DNA of 64,000 nucleotides, taken from positions 3,520,001-3,584,000 of the forward strand of contig OZ242214.1 in the NCBI GenBank assembly GCA_965206595.1, in the 5' to 3' direction. Below the pieces are notes generated by a model. The model did no database searches, was not told where the DNA came from, and saw nothing but the letters and a program-made list of their open reading frames with translations. The stretch's first letter is position 1. Every line of letters begins with the position of its first letter. A program made the translations under genes and the position numbers. Origin of the DNA: Candidatus Latescibacterota bacterium. Lineage in GTDB: Bacteria > Latescibacterota > UBA2968 > UBA8231. Below, piece after piece: positions 30,640-40,697 of this stretch.

Positions 30640-31340
30640 TATAGTCCGGCAACATGGTTTACAGTTTCCGGCGAACGGCTTCCAAGCGGGCTTCGACCTG
30701 GGTAACAAACCGATGGCGATCCAACAGCTCCCTTTCGAGCGTAGCGAAAAAAGCTCTCGCACAGGGCATTGCCGTAACAATCCCCGACCGGTCCCATCGA
30801 TGGGCGCACCCCGGCCTGGCGGCAGCGCATCGCGAAGGCCAGGGCCGTATACTGACTGCCGTGATCGGAGTGGTGAATCACCTTTTTGGAACGACGCTGG
30901 TGCCGGGCCATGTTGAGAGCGTCCAGCACTAGCTGCGTACGCAAATGAGTGGCCATGGCCCAGCCCACCACCCGGCGGCTCCAGGCGTCGACTATCACGC
31001 CCAGATACAAAACCCCCGACCCGGTGGGAATGTAGGCGACGGCGGCGACCCACAGCTCATTCGGGCCGGAGGCCGAAAACACCCGGTTGACCATGTCGGA
31101 AGCTACCCGGCCCTGCTGGCTACGGCAGGTCGTGGAGATCCTGCGCCGGCCGCAGACGCCGCGCACCCCGAGCTCAAGCATCGATCGAGCCACGCGCTTG
31201 CGGCCGACTGCTTGTCCTTCTTCGGCCAGTTCGGCCTGGATCCTCGGCGCCCCATAGATGCCCCGGGAGCGTTGGTGGATCTGCTCGACGCGCGCCTTGA
31301 GCACGGCATCCCCCCAGGCGCGAACCGACGGGGGGCGCTG
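30640..31340 (-). pseudogene. IS3-family transposase OrfB remnant
   Basis: IYGAPRI..GRKRVAR, PNELWVAAVAYI (first catalytic Asp lost), IVDAWSRRVVGW, HHSDHGSQY, GDCYGNALCESFF then frameshift; no orfA; ends approximate. Confidence 0.85.
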
Positions 31341-31663
31341 CCAGCCAAGCGAGATCTGTTACCCTCCACAGGACATCGTCCCCTCCTCTTGACACGGCTT
31401 CCTAACAATCGAAGTAATGTGCTGGATTCCCGCCGGCTTCCTCAGACACGGAATCCACCGTCTCTCGGACGGATCGCTTGTGACCGCCGGGATCTAACGC
31501 TACTTCGACAGGATCCGTTGGTCCCCATCCTTGCCGAGTTCAGGGTGGCGCCGGCCTCGGTTTTCAAAGCTGGAAAGGTGGCCGAGTGGGATATTCGATG
31601 AAATCACCACCGGGTCCAGAAGAAGACCATGGTGGAGATGCGCTTCATCCATACCGCCTAAAG

Positions 31664-33208
31664 GTGTACGTGGCCCGCCTCCCGATCGCACTGTTCGCCT
31701 TCCTCGGTCTCGCCGGCGCCCTGGCGGCGCCGGCCGCCGTGGAAGGACGGCCGCGGATGCTGCGAGCCGGCGCCGTCGCCGACGCCCTGACCGCGGCGGC
31801 CGCAGGAGATTCAGTGCGCTTCGACAGCGCCCTGGTGCGAGGCCGCGTCTTCGCCGCCGCCGACACGATCAGGGGTAGAATCCTGTTTCGCGGGGTGCGG
31901 TTCCTCGGCGGCTTCGCGCTCGACGGGGTGGCGTTCTCGGGCCCGGTCCTGTTCGAGGACTGCGAGTTCCGACAGGGAGTTTCCTTTCTCGAGTCCAGGT
32001 TCGAGCAGCCGGCCCTGTTCCGGCGCTGCAGCTTCGGGCAGCACACCAGCTTCAACAAGGCGGTTCTCGGCGGCGCCGACTTCGAACTCAGCCGGTTCTC
32101 CGGACCGGCGACCTTCGTCGATACCCGCTTCGAGGGCGACGTCTCCTTCGACCACGCGCAGTTTCAGGACGTCTATTTCGACCGCTCGAAATTCGCCGCT
32201 TCCGGCAGCTTCACCGACGCCGCTATCGCGCTCGAGGCCTCGTTCAAGGAGGCGGTCTTCAGCGAGGCGGTCTTCGCAGGGACACGCTTCGGGGAGGAAA
32301 CGCTGTTCCGCAACTGCCGCTTCGCCGGCGCGGCGCGCTTCGATAGGTCGCGTTTCCGCCGACGCGTCTTTTTCAACGGCGCCGACTTTGCCGGACACGC
32401 TTCGTTCCGCGACATAACCTTCGTTCGCGGGGGCGTGTTCGCAGGGGCCCGCTTCGCCGGCGGCGTCTCCTTCGCCGGGAGCCGTTTCCGGTCCGACCTC
32501 GACCTGTCCGGCGCCACGGCCGACGCCCAGGTGTCCCTGAATGCCACTTTCGCCGGCGACCTGATTCTGCACGACAGCTCTCTCTCCACCCTCGACCTGG
32601 CCGGCTATGCCGCCGATGAGAGTGCCGATTCCGCGGCCGCGGCCTCCCCGCGGGTGTTCCTCGAAGGGGCGCGCTTCGACAACCTGCGGCTGTCCTGGGA
32701 GGATATCCGCGGCCGCATCGCCGCCCGCGACAGCACGCAGGTCGCCCCCCTTGCGGAACAGTACGCCAGGGTTGCCCACCACCTCAGAAAGCGGGGACTC
32801 GAACGCGAGGCCGACGCGGCCATGGCGGAGTGGACGGACCGCCTGCGCACGAGTCTGAGCTGGACTTCGCCGCGCCGCTACCTTCTCGAGCTGTTCAATG
32901 CGACCTCGCGCTACGGAAACAGCCTGGGCCGCCTGGGGACATCCGGGATCGCCCTGCTGGTCTCGTTCACTCTCTTGTACTGGCTGGGGCGCCGGCGGAT
33001 GGTTGCGGACTCTGGTACCGGCACCGCCCGCATCGGCGACTGTTTCATCCTGAGCCTTGCGGCGTTCGCCCATCTCGGGGGAGCATCGCGGTGGCGGACC
33101 AGCGGCGGCCTCCGGCTGCTGCAGCTGGTGGAAGGGGTCGTCGGCTGGCTGTACTGGGCGGCTCTCGTCGCCGTCGGCCTGCGTCTCCTGCTGCGGGGGT
33201 TCGTCTGA
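31664..33208 (+). CDS. Pentapeptide-repeat protein with N-terminal signal and C-terminal membrane (2TM channel-like) domain
   Basis: Repeated A.F..A.F units (ADFELSRFSGPATFVDTRFEGDVSF..); C-terminal TSRYG..TM..FILSLAAFAHLGG..VEGVVGW; GTG start estimated. Confidence 0.8.
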   Translation: MYVARLPIALFAFLGLAGALAAPAAVEGRPRMLRAGAVADALTAAAAGDSVRFDSALVRGRVFAAADTIRGRILFRGVRFLGGFALDGVAFSGPVLFEDCEFRQGVSFLESRFEQPALFRRCSFGQHTSFNKAVLGGADFELSRFSGPATFVDTRFEGDVSFDHAQFQDVYFDRSKFAASGSFTDAAIALEASFKEAVFSEAVFAGTRFGEETLFRNCRFAGAARFDRSRFRRRVFFNGADFAGHASFRDITFVRGGVFAGARFAGGVSFAGSRFRSDLDLSGATADAQVSLNATFAGDLILHDSSLSTLDLAGYAADESADSAAAASPRVFLEGARFDNLRLSWEDIRGRIAARDSTQVAPLAEQYARVAHHLRKRGLEREADAAMAEWTDRLRTSLSWTSPRRYLLELFNATSRYGNSLGRLGTSGIALLVSFTLLYWLGRRRMVADSGTGTARIGDCFILSLAAFAHLGGASRWRTSGGLRLLQLVEGVVGWLYWAALVAVGLRLLLRGFV

Positions 33209-34917
33209 ACTCCCCCACGCTTTGGCCCGTTGCCCGTCACTGCTCAGTCCGGACGCTGCTGTGCGCCGTTCTCGCCCTGGCCGGATGTGGGAAAGACGGC
33301 GGCCCGCCGGACGGTATCGAGGTGACCTTCCGGGACGTCGCCGTCGAGGCCGGCCTCGACTTCGTGCACTTCAACGGTTTCTCCGGGAACTACTACTACT
33401 ACGAGACCTTCGGCTCGGGGGCGGCCTTCCTCGATTTCGACGCCGACGGCTGGCTCGACATCTACCTCGTCAACGGCTCGACGCTGGCCGACACGGTGCC
33501 GGCCACCCCCCCGGTGAACCGGCTCTACCGCAACCGGTCGGGTGGCCGCCCGGATGACCCCGACGGGGGACCACCGCTCCGTTTCGCCGACGTAACCGAA
33601 GGATCCGGGGCCGATGATCGCGGCTACGGCATGGGAGTCGCCGCCGCGGACGCCGACAACGACGGCGACCAGGACCTCTACGTCACCAACGCCGGCGGCA
33701 ACCGCCTGCTGCTCAACGACGGCGGATCGGGCAGCTTCGACGACGTCACCGACAAGGCAGGGGTCGGCGACCCCCGCTGGGGTACCGCCTGCGCCTTCCT
33801 CGACTACGACGGCGATGGCGACCTCGACCTCTTCGTCGTCAACTACGTCGACTTCGACATGTGGGAGAATCCGGTCTGCAAAAAGGGGAAGCACCGGTCG
33901 TACTGCGACCCTGACACCTACGACCCGGTCGAGGACGTCCTCTACCGGAACGATGGCGGCGGCTTCACCGACGTAAGCCGCGCCAGCGGCATCACCCTGG
34001 CGGGGCGCGGTCTGGGAGTGGCGCTGTCGGACTACGATCACGACGGCGACACCGACGTCTACGTCGCCAACGACGGCACCATGAACTTCCTCTACGAGAA
34101 CCAGCCCGGGGGCTTCGTCGAGGTCGGGCTGTACGCGGGGGGCCGTTACAACCGGGACGGACTCGCCGAAGCGGGGATGGGCGTCGACTTCGGCGACGTG
34201 CAGAACGACGGCAGGCAGGACCTGTTCGTGACCAACTTCACAAATGAAACCAACACCCTCTACGTCAACGACGGGCAAGGGGAGCTGCACGACCTGACCG
34301 AGCGCTTCGGCCTCACCGGACCGTCCCTGAAGCCGCTCGGGTTCGGCACCCGGTTTCTCGACTACGACAACGACGGTTTCCTCGACCTTTTCGTCGCCAA
34401 CGGCCATGTCATGGACATCATCGCCGAGGTCGAGCCGGAGCTCAGCTACCCGCAGCCGAACCAGGTGTTCCGCAATCTCGGAGGGGGCGGTTTCGCCGAG
34501 ACCTCCGCGCAGCTCGGGACCGGCCTCGAGGTGGTCGCCGTCAGCCGCGCCGCCGCGGCCGCGGACTGCGACAACGACGGCGACCAGGACCTGCTGGTGA
34601 CCAACGTCTCCGGGCCGCCGACCCTGCTGAGAAACGGCGGCGGCAACCGCGGCAACTGGCTTCTCCTCGAGCTCGTCGGCGCCGGGCACCGCGACGCTCT
34701 CGGTGCGCGCGTGACGGTCACCGCCGGAGGCCTGGGCATGCTGCGCGAGCGGCAGTCGGGGGCCAGCTACCTGTCGAGCCATGACCCGCGCCTGCACTTC
34801 GGCCTCGGGCGGGCGGAACGCGCCCGCGTCGAGATCGTCTGGCCCGGCGGGCTTCGGCAGGTACTCGAAGAGGTGCCGGCCAACCGCATCCTGCGCGTGC
34901 AGGAAGACCAGGGCTGA
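33205..34917 (+). CDS. CRTAC1-like FG-GAP/ASPIC-UnbV lipoprotein
   Basis: LALAGC lipobox; DYDGDGDLDLFVVNY repeats; SYLSSHDPRLHFGLG; start codon not clearly identified. Confidence 0.88.
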   Translation: MNSPTLWPVARHCSVRTLLCAVLALAGCGKDGGPPDGIEVTFRDVAVEAGLDFVHFNGFSGNYYYYETFGSGAAFLDFDADGWLDIYLVNGSTLADTVPATPPVNRLYRNRSGGRPDDPDGGPPLRFADVTEGSGADDRGYGMGVAAADADNDGDQDLYVTNAGGNRLLLNDGGSGSFDDVTDKAGVGDPRWGTACAFLDYDGDGDLDLFVVNYVDFDMWENPVCKKGKHRSYCDPDTYDPVEDVLYRNDGGGFTDVSRASGITLAGRGLGVALSDYDHDGDTDVYVANDGTMNFLYENQPGGFVEVGLYAGGRYNRDGLAEAGMGVDFGDVQNDGRQDLFVTNFTNETNTLYVNDGQGELHDLTERFGLTGPSLKPLGFGTRFLDYDNDGFLDLFVANGHVMDIIAEVEPELSYPQPNQVFRNLGGGGFAETSAQLGTGLEVVAVSRAAAAADCDNDGDQDLLVTNVSGPPTLLRNGGGNRGNWLLLELVGAGHRDALGARVTVTAGGLGMLRERQSGASYLSSHDPRLHFGLGRAERARVEIVWPGGLRQVLEEVPANRILRVQEDQG

Positions 34918-35005
34918 GGTAAGGTCGCCCTTCAGTCTCACCGGACTCGCCGTCGGTACCGGGTCTCGCCGTTGGGCTGCTGGCCCCGTGCGGGCTCGTG
35001 CGGCG

Positions 35006-36250
35006 CTACTCGCGCATGGGGTTCAACCCCTCCCGATTTCGCGTAACGGATGAGCGATTTCCCCTTCCGCGCACCTGGGGAGCCCTTCCAGGATCAGGAT
35101 CGACATCCTGTAGATCCTGATGCGGCAATCGCAATTGCCATCCTCCGGAATCGCGGGAAGACCCCCCGTCCGCCTCCGGGGGCAGCCTCTGTTCCGCGAG
35201 GTCCCTCTGCGGCTTCTCGTCGTAGCGGGCGCATATCGACCCGTTCTCACGGGAAATCGAGATGATGTCGTTGAAAATCAGGTCCCGCTCCTGCGCGGTC
35301 ACCACCGGGAAGAGATAGTTCCGGTTCACATGCTTCATCCTCCCTCCTTCTTCCGCTCTCTTCCTGGTGAACTCGACGTGCCGCAGGAGGCGTTCCCGCG
35401 TGTATGCGTTCGCGAATCCCGCCAGGGAATGGAGCATGTTTTCGGCGGCCGCGAGAAGCCCCTGGTCGATCTCGACGGCGATCGAGTTCCTCCCGGCCGC
35501 CAGCGCCGCGGCCGCGGTCATCCCGGTCCCGGAAAAGGGATCGAGCACCGTGTCCCCCTTGACCGAGTACATGCAGACCAGCCTGTACGCCAGCTCGAAA
35601 GGGAAGGCGGCGCTGCGCTGGCGGGAAGCCGGATCGACCAGCTTCTGCCCGGCCCCCCTGAGGTCGAACCAGACGTCGGAAAACCAGGAGTTCCTCTCCT
35701 CCCAGAAAAAGGCGCTCTGCCGCCGCAGGGCCTTTTCCCGGGGCTGGACGAACTCCCGGCGCTTCCCCTTCCTGGCGATCAGGACGTACTCGTGCTCGTA
35801 GGTGACGTAGGCGCCGGGAGGCAACATTCCCGATCCCATGAACTTGGTCGGCGCGTTGGTAGGCTTGCGCCACAGGATGTCGGGCAGCGTAACCAAGCCG
35901 AGCTGCGACAGCCCGGCGAGTACGCGCGAGTGGTTCGGGTAGAGGCGGAACTCCCCGGCGAGGGTGCGCGTGGCGTCGCCGATGTTTATGCAGGCGATCC
36001 CCCCGGGCCGCAGCACGCGATGGACCTCCCGCCAGGCCGCGTCGAGGTTATCGTGCATCGCCGCGAAGGCGCGGTCCCCGGACGCGGCAGCGAGCGCTTC
36101 CTCGACTCCCACCGCCCGTTGCCGGAAGAGTCCGTCCCACATCTCGATCATCGGGTACGGCGGCGAGGTCACCACGAGGTCGACCGATTCATCCGCCACC
36201 TCATCCATGCCGGCGGCATCGCCGTGAATCAGCCTGGCGGTTGTTTGCAC
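35006..36250 (-). CDS. Site-specific DNA methyltransferase, N4/N6 beta class (probably m4C)
   Basis: Catalytic VVTSPPY near the N-terminus and SAM-binding VLDPFSGTG near the C-terminus (beta motif order). Confidence 0.9.
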   Translation of the reverse strand: MQTTARLIHGDAAGMDEVADESVDLVVTSPPYPMIEMWDGLFRQRAVGVEEALAAASGDRAFAAMHDNLDAAWREVHRVLRPGGIACINIGDATRTLAGEFRLYPNHSRVLAGLSQLGLVTLPDILWRKPTNAPTKFMGSGMLPPGAYVTYEHEYVLIARKGKRREFVQPREKALRRQSAFFWEERNSWFSDVWFDLRGAGQKLVDPASRQRSAAFPFELAYRLVCMYSVKGDTVLDPFSGTGMTAAAALAAGRNSIAVEIDQGLLAAAENMLHSLAGFANAYTRERLLRHVEFTRKRAEEGGRMKHVNRNYLFPVVTAQERDLIFNDIISISRENGSICARYDEKPQRDLAEQRLPPEADGGSSRDSGGWQLRLPHQDLQDVDPDPGRAPQVRGRGNRSSVTRNREGLNPMRE

Positions 36251-36393
36251 GGCCCCTGCTTCTCCGGGGAAAGGGGGCGCACGGATCCGGTTTCAACCCC
36301 TTCCCCCGCTCTTGACTGACCCACTTGCATCTCTTTCTTCATTCCGATATGCGCGATTTCGCGCAAAGATAGCCATCCCCCAGGAGGACAACC

Positions 36394-37050
36394 ATGACAC
36401 TGAGAATCAACGACGAGGCGCCCGACTTCACCGCCGAGACCACGGAAGGCACCATCAACTTCCACGAGTGGATCGGCGACGGCTGGGCCCTCCTGTTTTC
36501 CCACCCCAAGGACTTCACCCCGGTTTGCACCACCGAACTGGGGACCGTAGCCGGCCTCAAGCCGGAATTCGAGAAGCGCAACTGCAAGGTTCTCGGAATC
36601 AGCGTCGACGGCGTCAGCGACCACGAGGAGTGGTCGAAGGACATCGAGGCTTCGCAGGGCCACGCGATCAACTATCCCCTGGTCGGCGACCCGGAACTGA
36701 AGGTCGTGAAAGCCTACGACATGCTTCCCGCCGACGCCGGCGACACCTCCGAGGGACGCACCCCGATGGACAACGCCACGGCGAGATCGGTGTTCGTCAT
36801 CGGCCCCGACAAGAAGATCAAGGCGACGATCACCTATCCGATGAGCACGGGCCGCAACTTCCACGAGATCCTCCGCCTGCTCGACTCCTGCCAGCTGACC
36901 GCGACCAGGAAGGTCGCGACCCCCGCCAACTGGCAGCAGGGAGGGGACGTGATCATCGTGCCGGCGGTGTCCGACGAGGAGGCGAAGGAGACCTATCCCG
37001 ACGGTTGGGAGACCCCGCTTCCGTACATCCGCATAGTGCCCCAGCCATAG
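36394..37050 (+). CDS. 1-Cys peroxiredoxin (Prx6 family)
   Basis: AGGAGG RBS; FSHPKDFTPVCTTELG; YPMSTGRNFHEILR; ATPANW. Confidence 0.95.
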   Translation: MTLRINDEAPDFTAETTEGTINFHEWIGDGWALLFSHPKDFTPVCTTELGTVAGLKPEFEKRNCKVLGISVDGVSDHEEWSKDIEASQGHAINYPLVGDPELKVVKAYDMLPADAGDTSEGRTPMDNATARSVFVIGPDKKIKATITYPMSTGRNFHEILRLLDSCQLTATRKVATPANWQQGGDVIIVPAVSDEEAKETYPDGWETPLPYIRIVPQP

Positions 37051-37250
37051 GGCTGAAAGCGCCCGATTCGCGTGGGTCGGGCGGCCGCATCCTGTCCCGG
37101 GACCGGCGGTTCCTGCTTCGGATTCATGCGAATTCAGTAGCCGCCCCGGGCCCGCCGTAGTAACCGGGGGAAGCCAGCCGCGTCTCTCCCGGGTGCCGCT
37201 CTGAGGAGCGCGCCCGCGGGGGGCGTGGCTTTTTCGTGTACCCGGGAGCC

Positions 37251-38042
37251 TCAGCTGCCGGTCGAGCGGTAGCGGCGGACCCCGAACCCCCAGACCCGCA
37301 GGCAGACGAGCAGGAACAGCGGGCCCGCGGCCGGCGCCAGCCAGCGCAGCGCCCCGGAGCCGTCGTCGATCTCCAGGAGCGCCAGCACCGGGTAGTAACT
37401 GACGCAGGCCAGCGGCACGACGCCGGTGAAGAAGCGGCGGAACCACTTCCGGTAGATCGACAGCGGATACTGGGCGGCGAACACCCCGCCGTTGGTCAGC
37501 GAGTTCATCACCTCAAGGCCCTCGATGGTCCAGAAGCAGAGCGTCGCCTGCAGGATCATGATACCGCTGAACAGGCAGACGCCCCCGGCAATGGTCGCCG
37601 CGAGCAGCAGCATCTTCTGCGGCGGCCAGGCGAGCTGCAGCTGCGCGGCCGCCCAGGCCAGCACCATCGCTCCCTGAAGCAGGCGGCCTGCCCGCCGCAG
37701 CTGGAACTCGTGGCCGACCAGCTGCAGCACGGTGCCGCGCGGCCGCAGCAGGACGCGGTCGAACTCGCCGCTCCGCACCAGCCGGTCGAAGCTGTCGAAG
37801 CCTCGCACCACCGCCTCCGAGAGGGCGAACGACAGGTTGACGACCCCGTAGAAGAGCCCGATCTCCCAGAGCGACCAGCCGCGCAGCTGGCCAAAGCGGT
37901 CGAACAGCATCCAGACCGTGGCGAACTCCAGTGCTGTGGTGAAGAATTGGCCCGCCGCCATCATCGCGAAGGAGGCCCGGTACTGCATCTGGCCGCGCAG
38001 CGAGACGGCGAGGTAGCGGCCGTAGAGCGACAGCGTGTCCAT
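37251..38042 (-). CDS. ABC-2 family transporter permease (DUF990-like)
   Basis: MQYRASF, GEFDRVLLRP, QYPLSIY, VVPLACVSYYP, YRSTGS end. Confidence 0.9.
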   Translation of the reverse strand: MDTLSLYGRYLAVSLRGQMQYRASFAMMAAGQFFTTALEFATVWMLFDRFGQLRGWSLWEIGLFYGVVNLSFALSEAVVRGFDSFDRLVRSGEFDRVLLRPRGTVLQLVGHEFQLRRAGRLLQGAMVLAWAAAQLQLAWPPQKMLLLAATIAGGVCLFSGIMILQATLCFWTIEGLEVMNSLTNGGVFAAQYPLSIYRKWFRRFFTGVVPLACVSYYPVLALLEIDDGSGALRWLAPAAGPLFLLVCLRVWGFGVRRYRSTGS

Positions 38043-38101
38043 GAGCGGGACGAGGCGGTCGATGCCGCCGCGGGTCCGCGGAAAGGCTCGGGGCAAGCGG
38101 T

Positions 38102-38893
38102 TCAGCCTCCCTGCACGACGAGCCGCCGCGTGCCGCGGGCCAGGGCCCGGCGCCCGGCGAGCACCAGTACCGCGATCCATGCGAGCTGGTGCAGGAACAA
38201 CGGCAGGCACTCTTCCACCGGAACATGCCCCAGGTAGAGGCGGAAGGGGATGTCGATCAGCCCGCGGAAAGGCAGCCATTCGGAGAGCAGCTCGATCCAG
38301 TCCGGCATCAGGGGAAGCGGCAGGTACTGCCCGGAGAAGAAGCCGGCGATCCCGGGCATGATGTAGAGGATGCCCTCCCCCGAGATCGTCCACATCAGGG
38401 TGACCGCCATCAGGGTGGTGATGGCGCTCGACAGCAGCAGGGCGCAGAAGGTCGCCGCCGCCCAGGCCAGACCGGCGGCCGCGGTGGGCGGCGGCTCGAG
38501 CCCGAGGAACAGCCCGGCGACGGCGAATATCGGCAGCGAGCGCAGCAGCGTCGGGACGGCGCGACGGGCGACCGAGCGGATGAACCACATGTTGTAGAGA
38601 TCGGCCGGGCGCAACAGCTCGTACGCGACTCCCCCGGTGCGGATCCGCTCCCGGATCTCCGGATCGATGCTCCACGGCATCAGCCCCAGCATGGCCTGGC
38701 CGAGCCAGGTATAGGTGGTCACCTCGCGGAGGGTCATCGGCATCGGCGCCGCAGCCGAGGCGTAGAACGCTTCGTACACCATGACGATCACGAACCCGAA
38801 GAACAGCTGCGTCGTCAGGCCCGCCAGGGCCGCGGCGCGGTACTGCAGCAGGGTCCGCAACTGGGCGCTGAGCAGGGCCGTGTACGCGCTCAC
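38102..38893 (-). CDS. ABC-2 family transporter permease (DUF990-like)
   Basis: GTG overlaps the ATPase stop; LQYRAA, IRTGGVAYELLRP, FFSGQYLPL, LVVQGG end. Confidence 0.9.
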   Translation of the reverse strand: MSAYTALLSAQLRTLLQYRAAALAGLTTQLFFGFVIVMVYEAFYASAAAPMPMTLREVTTYTWLGQAMLGLMPWSIDPEIRERIRTGGVAYELLRPADLYNMWFIRSVARRAVPTLLRSLPIFAVAGLFLGLEPPPTAAAGLAWAAATFCALLLSSAITTLMAVTLMWTISGEGILYIMPGIAGFFSGQYLPLPLMPDWIELLSEWLPFRGLIDIPFRLYLGHVPVEECLPLFLHQLAWIAVLVLAGRRALARGTRRLVVQGG

Positions 38894-39873
38894 ATCCCCT
38901 CCTGCCCGTACAGCTGCGCGACTATCTCCTCGATGGGCGGGTTCTCGACGAACAGGTCGCGCACCGCGTGGCTTGCGGCGATGCGGGTTATCAGCTCGGC
39001 GGTCGGGGTGCGGGCGGGGTCGTACCCCAGGTGCCAGCGGTGCCCCTCGCGGCGCACCACCCGGGCCTCCATTTCCCCTATCGAGTCGCACCCATCCTCG
39101 AGGTCGACGATGAGGCGGCGCTCCGAGGAGACCCGCGAGCGCAGCGCCGCCACGGTTCCATCCATGAGGATGCGGCCGCGGCCGATCACCATCACCCGCG
39201 AGCACAGGGCCTCGACGTCGTCCATGTCGTGGGTGGTCAGGATAACCGTGGTGCCGCGCTCGCGGTTCAGACGCCTGACGAAGTCGCGGACCGCCAGCTT
39301 GGAGACCGCGTCCAGGCCGATGGTCGGCTCGTCGAGGAACAGCAGCGCCGGCTCGTGCAGCAGCGCCGCGGCGAGGTCGCAGCGCATCCGCTGCCCGAGG
39401 CTCAGCTGGCGGACCGGCACGTCGAGGAGCGGTTCGATGTCGAGCACCGCCACCAGCTCTTCCAGGCAGCGCCGGTACGCCCCTTCCTCCACCTTGTAGA
39501 TATGCCGGAGCAGGTCGAACGACTCGACCACCGGCAGGTCCCACCAGAGCTGGGTGCGCTGCCCGAACACCACGCCGATGCCGGCGACGTGGGCGGTGCG
39601 CTGACGCCACGGCACCCGCCCGGCGATCTCGCAGCGCCCGGAGTCGGGTACGACGATGCCGGACAGCAGCTTCACCGTCGTCGACTTGCCGGCCCCGTTG
39701 GGCCCGATGTACCCCACCAGTTCCCCCGCTTCAAGCGCGAAGGAGACCCGGTCGAGCGCGACTACGGTGCGATACCGCCTGCGCGCGATGCCGCGGACCG
39801 CCCCCCACAGTCCGGCCCGCCGTTCCGCCACGCGGTAGGTCTTGACCAGGTCCTCCGCGGCGACGAGAGGCAC
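38890..39873 (-). CDS. ABC transporter ATP-binding protein
   Basis: Walker A GPNGAGKST, signature LSLGQRMR, Walker B LFLDEPT, TTHDM. Confidence 0.95.
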   Translation of the reverse strand: MPLVAAEDLVKTYRVAERRAGLWGAVRGIARRRYRTVVALDRVSFALEAGELVGYIGPNGAGKSTTVKLLSGIVVPDSGRCEIAGRVPWRQRTAHVAGIGVVFGQRTQLWWDLPVVESFDLLRHIYKVEEGAYRRCLEELVAVLDIEPLLDVPVRQLSLGQRMRCDLAAALLHEPALLFLDEPTIGLDAVSKLAVRDFVRRLNRERGTTVILTTHDMDDVEALCSRVMVIGRGRILMDGTVAALRSRVSSERRLIVDLEDGCDSIGEMEARVVRREGHRWHLGYDPARTPTAELITRIAASHAVRDLFVENPPIEEIVAQLYGQEGM

Positions 39874-39884
39874 CGCCCCGGCCC

Positions 39885-40082
39885 TCACTCTCCCGCGGCT
39901 CTCGAACCGACCCGGCCCGCGCCGCGGTTCCTCCGCCGTCTCGCCGCGGGAGTGAGGATCCCGTAGGTGCGGCACAGCCGGGAGAAGCTCTGCGGCGCGA
40001 TACCGAGCGCCATCCCCGCATCCTTGCTCGTGCGGTAGATCCTCGCCGCCAGCTCGATCCGTTCCCGCTCGACCTTGACCAT
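39885..40082 (-). CDS. Small helix-turn-helix-like protein (65 aa)
   Basis: Strong GAGGAGG RBS; SKDAGMALGIAPQSFSRLCRTYGI resembles a Fis-type HTH; basic tail; leads the ABC operon. Confidence 0.65.
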   Translation of the reverse strand: MVKVERERIELAARIYRTSKDAGMALGIAPQSFSRLCRTYGILTPAARRRRNRGAGRVGSRAAGE

Positions 40083-40100
40083 GAAGCCCGCCTCCTCTCA

Positions 40101-40122
40101 TTAGTTCGTAATAGCGAACTAA
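40101..40122. promoter_or_regulatory. Perfect palindromic putative operator TTAGTTCG-N6-CGAACTAA
   Basis: 8-bp arms with a 6-bp spacer, in the divergent intergenic region just upstream of the RBS of 39885..40082. Confidence 0.65.
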
Positions 40123-40283
40123 AATGGAAATATTACGCTATCGTGGACGCTCTGGCAATGGTTCTTTTTCGCTGACCGAAAACCGGTTCGGTTTGCAATT
40201 GTTAACCTCACGGCAGTACCCTTCCCATGTTTCCGACGGCAAGGACATCTTGCCGTCTGATCGGATTCACTGGAGACGATCAC

Positions 40284-40697
40284 ATGGATATCGGGGAAAA
40301 CATCAGGAACTACAGACAGTTACGCGGTCTGACCTTGCCGGAGCTCGCCATCCGGGCCGGTGTTTCCAAGGCTTTTCTCTGGGAGATCGAGAGCGGCAAC
40401 AGCAAGCGGCCGGGGGCGGAGACCCTGTGGAAAATAGCCGAAGCCCTCGGGGCCACGATCGCCGATCTCATGGGCAAGGAGCCCCCGGAATACGCGGCGA
40501 CGTCGATTCAGCCGGAGGTGAACGAGGGGCTGCGCGCCTTCATTAACGAGCGCAAGCGGCTCGGCTCCCCCCTCGAACCAGAGGAGATCGAGTCGCTGTC
40601 CGTGGTGCAGTTGAAAGGCGGGAGACCGGCCACCAAGGAGCAGTGGGCCCTGGTCTACGGCATCCTCAGGGAAACCACCGGGCGCCGCCATGACTGA
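40284..40697 (+). CDS. XRE-family HTH transcriptional regulator
   Basis: GGAG RBS; MDIGENIRNYRQLRGLTLPELAIRAGVSKAFLWEIESG..P..ETLWKIAEALG. Confidence 0.9.
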   Translation: MDIGENIRNYRQLRGLTLPELAIRAGVSKAFLWEIESGNSKRPGAETLWKIAEALGATIADLMGKEPPEYAATSIQPEVNEGLRAFINERKRLGSPLEPEEIESLSVVQLKGGRPATKEQWALVYGILRETTGRRHD

